Made by a program: the position numbers and the translations under genes
NCBI RefSeq assembly: GCF_963921235.1
Contig: NC_086108.1
Coordinates: 21,948,001-22,012,000, forward strand
Source: Mobula hypostoma
Taxonomy: Eukaryota
Length of the DNA: 64,000 nt
Direction of reading: 5' to 3'
The notes under the pieces: generated by a model
The model's database searches: none
The model's input: only the letters and a program-made list of their open reading frames with translations
What the model was told of the DNA's origin: nothing
In this document: positions 1 to 14,654 of the stretch, piece after piece
Layout of the letters: each line of letters begins with the position of its first letter
Numbering within the stretch: position 1 is the stretch's first letter

Positions 1-1079
1 GCATCATTTGATCTCCTTGATCACTTTGCTTTTCTAAAACCTTTTTTAAAAAAACAAAAGGCTGACATGAAAGAGATGGGGGAGATTTTATGCGATTTTT
101 GGGATTATCATGCTTTTTGGCACAAGGAAATCTTATCTGACACTGAAATCACTAGAAAAATAGCATGTCCTGAACCCTACCTGGACAGTTTTCTTCATTG
201 TCAAGTAAATACCAGTTTTGTAATTATATTGGGACAGCTTGTCTTGGGGATGTGATTAGTTCTGTAGTACAAGTCTTCAGCACCACACCCGAGATATTGT
301 CTGGTAGATACCCAAGTTGGAATTATACTGGAAAAAATAACTGGAGGTGTGACTAGTACTTTAGCACAAGTCTTGAGTACTATACCTGGTGTGTCGTTGT
401 GTTCCTTTACTTTGTTGCATCAGTACTTTTTGCCATTTCTTGATACCATGTACAGTGAATGGACATAGCTGAAGATTGGCTTCTGTGATTTTGTGGATCT
501 CTAGAGGAAGCTAAGGTGGATCATCCTCTCAGTCCCTCTGGCTAAACATGCTTATGAATCCTTAAACCTGCAAGAGTGCACATGCAGGGGCTCTGCCATC
601 ATTAAGGTCTTTAGATTGTCCTTTCATTAACTGTTGAATTGTCCATCACAATTTATACTAAGATGTGGTTGCAGTTTGGAGTTTTGATCTAATTTACTAG
701 ATGTATGTCCTTGTCCATTTCATGCTGTTTTTGTTGTTCACCACTTCTGTCATCCTGTGGTGCTTCAGGTGACCACCATGTTTAATTTGTCTGATCCAGT
801 TCCTTTACTGCACTCCTCACTGTTGATTGCCTCCCCATAATTGATCATCTTATTTTGAATGTAATGGTAGAATGAAGCTTATGTGGTTACACCTTGTGGC
901 TGTATCCTGATCTGTCTATTTATCATCCATGAATTTTCAGATATGAACTGCAGGTCTGTTCTAAATAAAGGACGTTTATTTAGTCAGTTATATGGCATCC
1001 TCAGACAAAATCAGAGATGGAGGAATCTGCACTCCTCGCGGTGCTCAGACGTGGCAGTTCTGAGTAACTCTTGCTCACT

Positions 1080-3470
1080 CAGTTTTGAATATCTTAACGG
1101 TGAAGTGTCACCCATACTACCTGACAAGGGCATTCACTTTAGCTATCCTGATGGCAGTCTCCACCCCACCTCAAACTGACATGGAGCCTGCATTGAGTGA
1201 TCTATACTCTGTGGTCAGCAGCTTTGAAAAGGGATACCCAAAGGCCTTTTTCATCATTGACGGTGACTTTAACCAGAACAACTTCAAGAGCATGTCTCCT
1301 GACCCATCAGAGGATCAAGCACTCTTGACATTGGTATACACCATCAAAGGTGCCTACTAAACCATCCTTCATCCATATTTTGGTAAATCAGACCACTAGG
1401 CTGTGCTCCTACTTCCTGCATACAAATAGAATCTAGTACAGAAAGTCATACAATGCTGGTCTGGGAAAACAGATGAGATTTTATGCAACTGCTTGAGTCA
1501 GTAGACTGGTCCATGTTCAAAGATTCAGCTGCCAGCCAAGATGAGTATGACAACACCATCAGGGACCTTATCAGCAAGTATGTTGAGGATTTGTACCAAA
1601 GAGGACAATCTGGGTTTTCCCAAACCAGAAACCGTGGATGAACTGGGAGATCAACTCTCTTCTCCAGTTTAGGTCTGCAGCATTCAAATCAGGTGATCCT
1701 GAGTTTTATAAGAAAACAAGATATGTACTCTCTAAAGCTATCAGAGATGTTAAGAGACAGTACCAGTCTAAAACTGAGTCCCAGTCCAGCCGTCAATTGT
1801 GGCAGGGCTTGCATACCTAATGGGCTACCAAAGTTGCATAGCATTGCTGACAGCAGCACAATTCCTTCGTAATGAGCTTCACAATTCTCTGTATGTTTTG
1901 AGCAGAAGGGAAATGAGTATGAAACGAGACCATCTGCAGTCACTGTCATGGATGTAAAATCAGTCTCTGGAGGGTGATCCTATGGAAAGCATGAGGCCTG
2001 AATGGTGTCCCTGCTGCGTCTGTTTACCCTGTACTGATCAGCTCTCAGAGGTAATTCAAGCATTTTTAACCTCTCCCTGCTTCAAGTTGAGGTTCCTCCT
2101 GCTTTTAAGGAGAGCACTATCATCCCGGCACCCAAGAAAACCAAGGTAATGTGTCATAATGGTTACCACTCAGTGATTCTGACATCCACCATCATAAAAT
2201 ACTTTGAGAAGCTGGTCATCGTATGTATCAACTCTAACTTCCCAGACAACCTTGACCCAATGCAATTTGCCTACCATTGGAGAAATGGGTCTACACCAAA
2301 TGGGAGCTCCCTGGCTACGATCATCTCTGGAGCATCTGGATAATAAAGCCACCTACATCAGATCAGTGTTTATTAATTACAGTTCCACCTTCATTACTAT
2401 TAATCAAAGCAAATTCATCACTGAGCTCTAGATCCTGGGAGTCAACTCCACCCTCTGCAACTAGATCCTTGACTTTGTGATCAACAAACTACAAATCAGG
2501 AAGGACAGGAAGCAACACCTCTACCACGATTATTCTAAACAGTGGTGCTTCACAAAGTTGTGTCCTTAGTCTCCTTCTCTACACCTGTACACTCATGACT
2601 TGGTCAGATTCTGTTCTTAACTCCTGCAAGTTTGCAGATGGTACCACTGTTGTGGGCTGTATCTCAAATAACATTGATTTGGAGTACTGGAAGTAATAGT
2701 GAGCATGGTGACATGGTGTCATAACAATAACCTTTTCCTCAATGTCAAGAAAACGAGAGCTTATCATTGACTTCAGAAGAGGAGCAGTGCACATGCTCTT
2801 GTCTACATCAATAGTGTTGAAGTTCTAGTTCTCGGGTGTGTACATCACCAATAGATGGACCTGGTCCAACCACTTTGATGCCACAGCCAAGAAAGCACAC
2901 GAACATCTCTACTTCTTCAGGAGGCTATATAAATTCGGCATTTCATTGTTGACCCTTACCAATTTTTATTGATGAATCGCAGAAAGCATGCTATGAGAAT
3001 GTTTAGTGGTTTGGTATAGCAACTGCAAGAAACTGCGGAGAGTTGTGGACTGATTCTGATTCTGACATATACTATACTTCCTGCTGCCTTAGTAAAGCAG
3101 CCAGTATAATTAAAGACCTCGCTCTCCCTAGACATTCTCTCTCTCCCCCCCCCCCCCCCCGGCTTTGGGAAGAAGATACAAAAGCCTGAAAGCATGTACT
3201 ACCAGACTCAAGGACAGTTTCTATCCCGCGGTTATCAGTCAGATTCTTGAACGGACCTTGTTAGATAAAAAGAATTCACAATTTACCTTGATATGATCTT
3301 GCACTTTATTGTTTCCCTGCATTGCACTTTCTCTTTAGCTTTTACACTTTACTGTTTTACTTTGTTCTAGCTCATTGCACTGTATAATGATTTAAATCTG
3401 TATGAACAGTATGCAAGACCAGCTTTCACTGTGTCTTGGTGCATCTCACAATAGTAAACCAATACCAATG
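1080..3470 (+). mobile_element. Degenerate Rex1/Babar-type non-LTR retrotransposon (endonuclease to RT to 3' tail)
   Basis: Frameshifted ORF pieces 'FFIIDGDFNQ' (APE endonuclease), 'KYFEKLV...LDPMQFAY', 'INYSSTFITI' and 'FADGTTVVG' (RT). Tail reads 'acaatagtaaaccaataccaat'. Confidence 0.85.
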
Positions 3471-3629
3471 CATTTAACATAATTATTGTGCCATGCAACA
3501 CAATGCATGGATAATATTTTTGGTGTACATGGAATTTAGTCTGCCCATGTTTCTTACAGGCTCACTATTACCAAAAATGTTATGGATGATTGCATCGGCA
3601 TATTGTGGCTACAGGATTATCCCTCATAT

Positions 3630-3780
3630 GGAAAAGTAGAAACTGCAGATGCTGGAAATCTGAAATAAAACACAAAATACTGAGAACAGCAGGTTAGACA
3701 GAATCCTGGAGAGAGGAATGGTGTTAATATTTCAGGTCCTTGACCTCTATCAGAATAGTTCTTCAACATGAAGGAACGAT
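3630..3780 (-). mobile_element. Old solo Penelope-like terminal fragment
   Basis: 'aactgcagatgctggaaatctg...aaatactgagaacagcagg' resembles the reverse complement of the PLE tails at 14555-14640 and 7430-7500. Confidence 0.55.
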
Positions 3781-3949
3781 AATGATTCATGAGCTGAAGA
3801 AGGATGGCAGGTGTATTCAAGAGAAGGTTACCTTGCCTAAGTTTATTTGGTGCAGTGAGGTCTGAGGTCTCCCTTCTGCTACTGCCATCTCTCGCAGATT
3901 TGTCCTGTTAGTAGAATGATTTGCCAACGATTGTGATTGAGGACTCTGG

Positions 3950-4260
3950 CACATCAAGACCATCAAATATAGGTGCATAATTAAGCTATTCAGCCAATCG
4001 GATTTACTCCACCACTTAATAATGGCTGATTTTTTTGAAAACCCTATTCTCCTACCTTCTTCTCATGATCCTTAACCTCCGTTGCCAATTAAGAACCATC
4101 AGTTGCTACCTTGAATGCTCCCTATGACTTGACCTCCACAGCCATCTGTAACAATTAATTCCTCTGGTTCACTTCCCTATGGCTGAAGAAAGTCCACTTT
4201 ATCTTAGTTTTAAAGAGAGGTCTGCATATTCAGAATCTGTGCATCCTTTCCACATCCACT
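3950..4260 (-). mobile_element. Old CR1 3'-end fragment
   Basis: Degenerate match to the CR1 3' end at 5175-5470 (tail, 'ataggtgca...ttcagcc', 'ggctgaagaaa'). Confidence 0.6.
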
Positions 4261-5174
4261 CTTCACTGAGATAAACTATGTCAGCCTCTACTTTGACTCA
4301 ACTTTGAAACTATTTTTCCAATTTAGATAACACTCCCACACAGATATTTGTGAGGAGGATATTGGATGGTTGACTGACCTGGCAGTGATATTGCATTGTC
4401 TGAAATCAGTGAGTGGGTTATGCTTGGTGGTCCATGTAGTTCATTCTTTTCCTGTTTTCATGTTGCAGTTGGATAAAACAGAGAAGTTTGCTAGTCTATT
4501 TAAATAGATAGTTAATGGATAACCTCATTCTTGTATTGGCCAGGCAAAGTTTCTTCCCTAAAGGGGTATTAGTGAAATAGGTTGTTTTTCATTTTACAAT
4601 CCATTTTTGTTATCATTGTAACAAACGATTTTTTTGTTTTAAAGTTCCAAGTTATTAACTGAAGTTAACTTGTACAACTTGCATGTTGGTTTATTGATTT
4701 GTCTGTAGTCTTCTGGTAACTTAACAGCCACTGCCCACCACTGCACCTCTTATGATGGTGATTTACTTTGGTCATCTTCAAGTGGAGGTTTGTATCCATT
4801 AATCTTCATTCATGGTGTAAGAAGTTTGTTGATAATTAAAAAGAAACTTAATTGGAATCGTTGCAGACTTTATGATGAAATAGACAGGTCATATGTATGG
4901 CAGGTGGAGCTCAATAACCTGAAAATATGCAGTTTGGGAGGGCTTGCATGGAAAGGGTACATGATACATTGGATGATCTTTGAGTATAGCTAAGCACTAA
5001 GAGATGTCCTTTTACAAAATTCCTTGTAGGTGGCAAAAGAAGTGTATGACGATCAAATTTCATAGGCTATTCAGGTTCAAATTCAAATTTATTAAATGAA
5101 AGACATCTTTCTGGGACTTTATAAATGATTGTTTCAATCTCAGATCATGTACAATGGACACTTTGTTATGCTAT

Positions 5175-6030
5175 TAGAAACATAGAAACATAGAAAATAG
5201 GTGCAGGAGTAGGCCATTCGGCCCTTCGAGCCTGCACCGCCATTTATTATGATCATGGCTGATCATCCAACTCAGAACCCAGCCTTCCCTCCATACCCCC
5301 CGACCCCTGTAGCCACAAGGGCCATATCTAACTTCCTTTTAAACATAGCTAATGAACTGGCCTCAACAGTTTGCTGTGGCAGAGAATTCTACAGATTCAC
5401 CACTCTCTGTGTGAAGAAGTTTTTCCTAACCTCGGTCCTAAAAGGCTTCCCCTCTATCCTCAAACTGTGACCCCTCGTTCTAGACCTCCCCAACATCGGG
5501 AACAATCTTCCCGCATCTAGCCTGTCCAATCCCTTTAGGATCTTATACGTTTCAATCAGATCCCCCCTCAATCTTCTAAATTCCAACGAGTACAAGCCTA
5601 GTTCATCCAGTCTTTCTTCATATGAAAGACCTGCCATCCCAGGAATCAATCTGGTGAACCTTCTTTGTACTCCCTCTATGGCAAAGATGTCTTTCCTCAG
5701 ATTAGGGGACCAAAACTGCACACAATACTCCAGGTGTGGTCTCACCAAGGCCTTGTACAACTGCAGTAGTACCTCCCTGCTCCTGTACTCGAATCCTCTC
5801 GCTATAAATGCCAGCATACCGTTCGCCTTTTTCACCGCCTGCTGTACCTGCATGCCCACTTTCAATGACTGGTGTATAATGACACCCAGGTCTCGTTGCA
5901 CCTCCCCTTTTCCTAATCGGCCACCATTCAGGTAATAATCTGTTTTCCTATTTTTGCCACCAAAGTGGATAACTTCACATTTATCCACATTAAATTGCAT
6001 CTGCCATGAGTTTGCCCACTCACCCAACCT
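5175..6030 (-). mobile_element. 5'-truncated CR1 LINE with open C-terminal ORF2 (5389-6027) and (AGAAACAT)n tail
   Basis: 212-aa ORF 'WQMQFNVDKCEVIHFG...LVRPHLEYCVQFWSP...LERRRLRGDLIETYKI'-type CR1 C-terminus. Octamer tail at 5175-5196. Confidence 0.95.
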
Positions 6031-6788
6031 ATTGTACTTTGCATTTACCTGTACTACACTTTTCAGTAGCTTTTACACTTTGTTCCAGCTCAGTGCACCG
6101 TGTAATGATTTGATCTGTATAAACAAGTATACAATACAATCTTTTCACTATATCTTGGTACATGTGACAATAATAAACCAAACAAGGAATTTCTGGTAGC
6201 TATATTTTAACTAGCATGGACCTGATGGACTGAATGGCCTTCCTTGCCATAATGATTGTGTGTAATGAATTAAAGCCTTGGAGTGATAGCATTAATTGTA
6301 GCCCTGGATATTATTAAAGATCATTATGGAAAGGACATTGTTAAGATAGAAAGAGTGCAACAAAGATTTAGAAGAATGAAAAGGGACCTGAGGGACATTT
6401 TCAGACAGAGGATGATACCTATATGGAAAGAGTTCTCAGGGAAATAGTTGAGACAGATACAATAATAATAATAGCCAAAAGACATTTGGTGAGGTACATG
6501 GGTAGGAAAAGTTTAGAGAGATCTGTGCTAAACATTGGCAAATGGGATCAGTTTAGGTGGGAATCCTGGTCGGCATGGACAAATTGGGCTGAGGGCTTGT
6601 TCTGTTACTCTGTTACTATCAGGGACTTTGGCTCTGATAAAGGATTGAAAAAGTTAGAAACTTTTCCCTCTGGAATGTGGGAAGTTCAAGAGATGACCTG
6701 GAGACTTCCAAGATGATAAGTTTGAATGGAATAGAATGCCTTACTGTCTTGCTTGCTTTGCACTTTCTCTGCAACTGTTAACAGTTCA

Positions 6789-7505
6789 CCATTTATCTCC
6801 TCCCTCACCTCCATTTGAAGTACCAAACAGTTCTTTCAGGTGAGGCAACTAGGATGAGTTTGCTAGGGTTATCCAGTGCTTCTAATGTGACCTCGTCTAC
6901 ATTTATGGGACGCTTTGCTGAGCACCTCCGCTCCATCTGCCACAAGTAGTAATTCCCGATGGCCAAACATTTGAATTCCATTTCCCCTTCCTGTTCCGAC
7001 ATGTCGGTCCATGGCCTACTCTTTTGCCACGTTGAGGCCGCCTCAGGGTGGAGGAACAACACCCTATATTCCGTCTGTGTGGTCTCCAACCTGAGAGCAT
7101 GAATATCAATTTCAACCATCTGGTAAGGAAAAAATTCCCTCCTCCTCCCCTCTTCTTCCATTCCCCACTCTGGCTTCTTACCTCTTCTCATCTACCTGTC
7201 ACCTTCCACTGGGTCCCCTCCTCTCCTTCCCTTTCTCCTGTAGTCCAATGTCCTCTTCTGCCAGATTCCTTCCTCGCCAGCCCTTGACCTTTCCTACTCA
7301 TCGAGCTTCACCTATCACCCTGCTAGCCTCTTTCTCTTCCCCTCACCTTTTTAATCTGGCATCTTCCTCCTTCCTTTCCAGTCCTGAAGAAGAGTCTCGA
7401 CCCGAATTGTCAACTGTTTATTCATTTCCATAGATGCTGCCTGATCTGCTGAGTTCATTCAACATTTTACATGTATTGCTTTAGATTTCAAGCATCTTGT
7501 TTATG
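6789..7505 (+). mobile_element. 5'-truncated Penelope-like element (GIY-YIG end plus terminal repeat), probable 16-bp TSD
   Basis: 'EEQHPIFRLCGLQPESMNINF' is a GIY-YIG C-terminus. Flanks AACTGTTAACAGTTCA (6773-6788) and AACTATCAACAGTTCA (7506-7521) match at 14/16. Confidence 0.85.
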
Positions 7506-9774
7506 AACTATCAACAGTTCATTCTCCATTTTGTTACTATTTTTCCCCAAGTACTGCCTCAGTGGCTTGCTGTGATAAATGGCTTGCATGCAGAACAAAA
7601 GTTTTCATACTTTCTCAGTATATGTGAATAATAAATCAATTTACCAGTTTAGGTGAAGGAAAGCTATTTCTGGTGCAACATACAGCAACAAGGGTCATAA
7701 ATTCATAATCAGTAGAGAGGATCATTTGAGGGTGACAGGCTAAAGGGAGAATACGAATCGACCATTCTTTCAAAGGGGCACCAAAATCAAGTTCCTTTGA
7801 TATATCTTGGCCAATTTCTCAATTTAGCTGCAGAAGTGATTGGGCTTCACTGCTGGATGATTCTGACGCCCACTTCTGCTCTGTGCAATAAAATTGAAGA
7901 CAAGCTTGAAAATTAGAAAGAGCAACTGCATATGCTGAATGGTTCATTTCTATGTTGGTAAACATTTGACATTGTAGCATGTCCAGGTTAAATTAAACGG
8001 AGGTTTGAAAGTTATTTGAGAAACTGCAATTCATTCAGCACATGGTACTGTAACTTGAGACTGAGCTCGATGCGAGTTCAGACAAAGCTAGCATTCTCCG
8101 CTCTATGGGATGGTGAGACCAAACATGAAAGAGTTTAGCACTGTAATTGACCTGGGAGTGCTTGATGTTTCCTGGGTGAAAATGGAAGTTTTATTTGTTC
8201 AGCAGTAATATTCTTCACCATAGGCATGGTCTGATGGGTAGCATGCTGTTTTAGCAGGATAGGAGAGTTCAAAACTGGAGGGCATGGGTTTAAAATGAGG
8301 TTTAAAAGAGACTTGCGGAGCATCTTTTTCAAACAAGCTGCCAGAGAAGTGGTAGAGTTGGGTACAATTATAAATTTTTAAAAAGTTGGACATGCGCATA
8401 GATAGAAAAGCTTTAGAGGGAAATGGGATTAGCTTGGTGGGCAAATTGGTTAGCATGGGCAAGTTCTAGGCACCTTTGTTGTCAAAGTATGTAGACAGAT
8501 AACAGGCCGTGTCTTCACAGGCTGCCGCTGGAACCCCTGTTTTCCCTTCCCTGACCACCACTCCGCAATCTCATCTCTCTCAGGTCCCACTGCCTGCTCT
8601 TGGGCCATTGGAGACTCCACCTTCCTCTAACACCACCACCCCTGAACACTCCAAACCTCCCTTCCCCTTAGTCACACCAATCCCCTTCCCCCACTCCGAT
8701 CCCAGCTCTCATCCATGCCAGGTTTTCACTATTCCCTCAGACCTTCCCCTCTCTGAGGCAGAATGTTCTGTCCTCAGCAGGGCCTCACTTTTGTTCCCCT
8801 GTGCCCACGCACTGAGTTCCGTGCCTGCCACAATGCTGAGCTCTTCTTTGGCCGCCTCTGTTTCTAAGCCTATTTCTTTGGCAAGGACCCCACCCCCCGC
8901 ACTGATGACCCCCTTCTCCCGTCTTCAACCCTCTTCCACTTTCTCTTCCTGAACACCCCGCCCTGGTCTTCTGCCTGTTCTGGACCCTTTCATTGCCAAC
9001 TGCCAATGGGACATAAACAGTCAATAATTTAACACTCCTCTCTCCTATTCCAACCTCATTCCTTCAGAGTGCTCGGCTCGCCACTAGTCCTAACCTCATC
9101 ATCAAACCTGCAGATAAGGGAAGTGCCGTAGTAGTCTGGTGAACTGACCTCTACCTTGCTGATGCCCGACACCAACTCTCAGACACCTCCTCTTACTTAC
9201 CCCTTGAACAGGACTTAAGGAACACCAGGCCATTGTCTCCCACACCATCATCAACCTTATTGACTCTGAGGATCTCACATCCACAGCCACCAACCTTATA
9301 GTTTCCATGCCCCACACCTCATGTTTCTACCTCCTAACCAAAATCCACAAACCCACTTGTCCAGGTAGAACTATTGTTTCAGCTTGTTCCTGCCCCACTG
9401 AACACGTCTGCATACCTTGACTCTGTTTTATCCCCCCCTGTTCAGTTCCTTCCTACTTACATCTGTGACACACCATGTGCTATTAATCTTTTCAAGGATT
9501 TCAGGTTCCCTAGCCCCCATCATCTTATTTTTACTATGGATGTCCAGTCTCTATATACCTCCATCCCTCACCAGGAAGGCCTCAAAGCTCATCGTTTCTT
9601 TCTGGACACCAGACCCAACTAGTTGCCCTCCAGCACCACTTTCCTCCGCCTAGTGGAACTTGTCATCACTCTAAATAATTTCTCCTTTGGGTCCTCCTAC
9701 TTCCTTCAAACAAAAGGGGTAGTCATGGGCACTCGTATGGGTCCCAGCTATGGCTGCCTGTTTTTCGTCTACAT

Positions 9775-12700
9775 AGAAACCATCGAAAAACTACAGCACA
9801 GAAACAGGCCTTTTGGGCCTTCTTGTCTGTGCCAAACCATTTTCTGCTTAGTCCCACTGACTTGCACACGGACCATATCCCTCCATTCACCTCCCATCCA
9901 TGTATCTGTCCAATTTATTCTTAAATGTTAAAAAAGAACCCGCATTTACCACCTCGTCTGGCAGCTCATTCCACGCTCCCACCACTCTCTGTGTGAAGAA
10001 GCCCCCCCAATGTTCCCTTTAAACTTTTCCCCCTTCACCCTTAACCCATGTCCTCTGGTTTTTTTCTTCCCTTGCCTCAGTGGAAAAAGCCTGCTTGCAT
10101 TCACTCTATCTATACCCATCATAATTTTATATACCTCTATCAAATCTCCCCTCATTCTTATAACCATATAACCATATAACAATTACAGCACGGAAACAGG
10201 CCGTCTCAGCCCTTCTAGTCCGTGCTGAACTCTTACTCTCACCTAGTCCCACCAACCTGCACTCAGCCCATAACCTTCCATTCCTTTCCTGTCCATATAT
10301 CTATCCAATTTAACTTTAAACGACAACATCGAACCTGCCTCAGCCTCTTCTGCTGGAAGCTCGTTCCACACAGCTACCACCCTCTGAGTAAAGAAGTTCC
10401 CCCTCATGTTACCCCTAAACTTTTGTCCTTTAACTCTCAACTCATGTCCTCTTGTTTGAATCTTTCCCACTCCCAATGGAAAAAGCCTATCCACATCAAC
10501 TCTATCAATCCCCTTCATAATTTTAAACACCTCTATCAAGTTCCCCCTCAACCTTCTACGCTCCAAAGAATAAAGACCTAACTTGTTCAACCTTTCTCTG
10601 TAACTTAGGAGATGAAACCCAGGCAACATTTTAGTAAACCTCCTCTGTACTCTCTCAATTTTATTGACATCTTTCTTATAATTCGGTGACCAGAACTGTA
10701 CACAATACTCCAAATTTGGCCTTACCAATGCCCTATACAATTTCAACATTACATCCCAACTCCTATACTCAATGCTCTGATTAATAAAGGCCAGCATACC
10801 AAAGGTTTTCTTCACCAACCTATCCACATGAGATTCCACCTTCAGGGAACTATGCACCATTATTCCTTGATCCCTCTGTTCTACAGCATTCTTCAATGCA
10901 CTACCATTTACCAGGTATGTCCTATTTTGATTAGTCCTACCAAAATGTAGCACCTCACATTTTTCAGCATTAAACTCCATCTGCCATCTTTCAGCCCACT
11001 CTTCTAACTGTCCTAAATCTCTCTTCAAGCTTTGGAAACCTACCTCATCATCCACAATGCCACCTATCTTAGTATCATCTGCAGACTTACTAATCCAACT
11101 TACCACCCCATCATCCAGATCATTAATATATATGACAAACAACATTGGTCCCAGTACAGATCCCTGAGGCACACCACTACACACCGTCCTCCAATCTGAC
11201 ACACAGTTATCCACCACTACTCTCTGGCGTCTCCCATCTATCCACTGCTGAATCCATTTTACTACTTCCATATTAATGCCCAATGGTTGAACCTTCCTAA
11301 CTAACCTTCCGTGTGAAACCTTGTCAAAGGCCTTACTGAAGTCCATATAGACAACATCCACCACTTTATCCTCGTCAACTTTCTTAGTAACCTCATCAAA
11401 AAATTCGGTAAGATTTGTCAAACATGACCTTCCACGCACAAATCCATGTTGACTGTTTCTAATCAGACTCTGTCTATCCAGATAATTACAGTGTATATAT
11501 ACCATCTCTAAGAATACTTTCCATCAATTTACCCACCACTCATGTCAAACTCACAGGCCGATAATTGCCAGGTTTACTCTTAGAACCCTTTTTAAACAAT
11601 GGAACCACATGAGCAATACGCCAGTTCTCCGACACCATCCCCGTTTCTAATGACATTTGAAATATTTTTGTCAGAGCCCCTGCTATTTCTTCACTAACTT
11701 CCCTCAAGGTCCTAGAGAATATCTTGTCCAGACCTGGAGACTTATCCACTTTTATATTCCTTAGAAGCGCCAGTACTTCCTCTTCTTTAATTGTCATACT
11801 TTCCATAACTACCCTTCTTGTTTCCTTTGCCTTACACAATTCAATATCCTTCTCCTTAGTGAATACCGAAGTAAAGAATTTGTTCAAAATCTCCCCCATC
11901 TCTTTTGGCTCCCTACATAGCTGTCCACTCTGATTCTCCAAAGGACCAATTTTATCCCTCACTATCCTTTTGCCACTAACATAGCTGTAGAAACCCTTTG
12001 GATTTATTTTCACCTTACTTGCCAAAGCAGCCTCGTATCTTCTTTTAGCTTTTCTAATTTCTTTCTTAAGATTCTTTTTCCATTCTTTATATTCCTCGAG
12101 TACCTCATTAACTCCAAGCTGCCTAACTTTATTGAAGATCCCTCTTTTTTTCTGAACCCAGTTTCCAATATCCCTTGAAAACCATGGCTCTCTCAAACTT
12201 TTAACCTTTCCTTTCAACCTAACAGGAACATAAAGATTCTGAACCCCCAAAATTTCACCTTTAAATGACCTCTATTTCTCTATTACATCCTTCCCATAAA
12301 ACAAATTGTCCCAATCCACTCCTTCTAAATCCTTTCGCATCCAGGGAATAAAGTCCTAACCTATTCAACCTTTCTCTGTAACTGAGTTTCTCAAGTCCTG
12401 GCAACATCCTTGTAAACCTTTTCTGCACTCTTTCAACCTTATTAATATCCTTCCTGTAATTTGGTGACCAAAACTGAACACAATACTCCAGATTCGGCCT
12501 CACCAATTCCTTATACAACTTCATTATAACATTCCAGCTCTTATACTCAATACTTTGATTAATAAAGGCCAATGTACCAAAAACTCTCTTTACGACCCTA
12601 TCTGCCTGTGATGCCGCTTTTAGGGAATTTTGTATCTGTATTCCCAGACTCCTCTGTTCTACTGCACTCCTCAGTGCCTTACCATTTACCCTGTATGTTC

Positions 12701-12953
12701 TACCTTCGTTTGTCCTTCCAAAGTGCAATACCTCACAGTTGTCTGTATTAAGCTCCATCTGCCATTTTTCAGCCCATTTTTCCAGCTGATCCAAATCCCT
12801 CTGCAAGCTTTGAAAACCTTCCTCACTGCCCCCTACACCTCCAATCTTTGTATCATCAGCAAATTTGCTGATCCAGTTTGCCATATTATCATCCAGATCA
12901 CTGATATAGATGACAAATAACAATGGACCCAGCACTGATCCCTGTGGCATACC
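9775..12953 (-). mobile_element. Outer 5'-truncated CR1 LINE (segments about 9775-10159 and 12341-12953)
   Basis: 'PQGSVLGPLLFVIYI...SKFADDTKIGG' at 12261-12950 continues into 'RMRGDLIEVYKIM' at 9946-10182 once the inner insertion is removed. Confidence 0.9.
10160..12340 (-). mobile_element. Inner 5'-truncated CR1 LINE (about 2.2 kb of ORF2, frameshifted)
   Basis: 420-aa and 236-aa ORFs with CR1 RT motifs (YMDFSKAFDKV, SGVPQGSVLGP, SADDTK). (TAACCATA)n tail at 10160-10180. Confidence 0.95.
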
Positions 12954-13122
12954 ACATGGAACAGTCTATGTTCCAAGCCTACACTGGTGATCACCCCGCA
13001 CTTTTCCTGCGCTACGTCAATAATTGCATTGGTGCTGCTTCCTGCACCCGTGCTGAGCTCGTCAATTTCATCCACTTTGCCTCCAACTTCCACCCTGTCC
13101 TCAAGTTCACCTGGTCCATTCA

Positions 13123-13385
<263 letters not shown>

Positions 13386-14654
13386 ATCTATTGATGTCTA
13401 TTATAAACTAATGGACTCTCACAGCTACCTGGACTATACTTTGTCCCATCCTGCTATTTGTAGAAATGCCATCCCATTCTCTCAATTCCTCCCTCTGTGC
13501 TACATCTGCTCTCAGGTTGAGGCTTTTCATTCTACAATGAAGGAAATGCCCTCCTTTTTTCAAAGAAAGAGGCCTCCTGTCCTCTGCCATCAACGCTGCC
13601 CTCAACCGCATCTCTTCCATTTCACGCACATTTGTTCTTACCCCATCCTCCCACTACGCTATAAGGGATAGGGTTCCTCTTGTCCTCACCTACCACCCCA
13701 CCACATAATTCTCCAAAACTTCTGCCACCTCCAACTGGATCACACAACCAAACATATCTTTCCCTTCCCCCCCACTTTCTGCTTTCCACAGGGGTCACTC
13801 CCTACACGACTCCCTTGTCCATTCATCCTTCCCCACTGATCTCCCTCCTGGCACTTATCCTTGCAAGCGGAACAAGTCCCTACACCTCCTCCCTCACTAC
13901 TATTCCGGGCTCTAAAGAGCCCTTCCAGTTGAGGTGACACTTCACCTGTCAGTCTGTTGGGGTAATATACTGTGTTCGGTGCTCTTGGTGTCTCCTTATA
14001 TCAGTGACCCAACATAGATTGAGAGATTGCTTCATCAAGCATGTACGTCCCGTCTGCCAGAACAAGCAGGATCTCCCAATGGTCACCCATTTTAATTCCA
14101 CTTCCTATTCCCATTCCAATATGACCATCGATGGCTTCCTCCACTGTCGTGATAAGGCCACATTTAGCTTGGAGGAACAACACCTTGTATTCCGTTTGGG
14201 TAGCCTCCAACCTGATGGCATGAACATCAGTTTCTCAAACTTCCAGTAATGCCCCCCTCCTTCACTATTTCCCATCTCCATTTCCCTCTCATGTTATCTC
14301 CTTGCCCATCCATCTGGTGCTCCTCACCCTCCCCCCCCCACTTTTTCTTTTTCCGTGGCCTTCCGTCTCTTTCACCAATCAACTTCCTAGCTCTTTGCTT
14401 CATTCGTCCCCAACCAAGTTTCACCTATCGCCTGGCATTTCTCTCTCCCCTCTCCCCCCTCTCCCCACCTTTCAAATCTACTCCTCAGCTTTTTTTTTTG
14501 TCCAGTCCTGCCGAAGAGTTTCAGCCCAAAACGTCGACTGTACTTTTTTTCCCTGGATGCTGCCTGGCCTGCTGAATTCCTGCAGTATTTTGTATGTGTT
14601 GCTCGAATTTCCAGCATCTGCAGATTTTCTCTTGTTTGTGCCACAGATTACAAC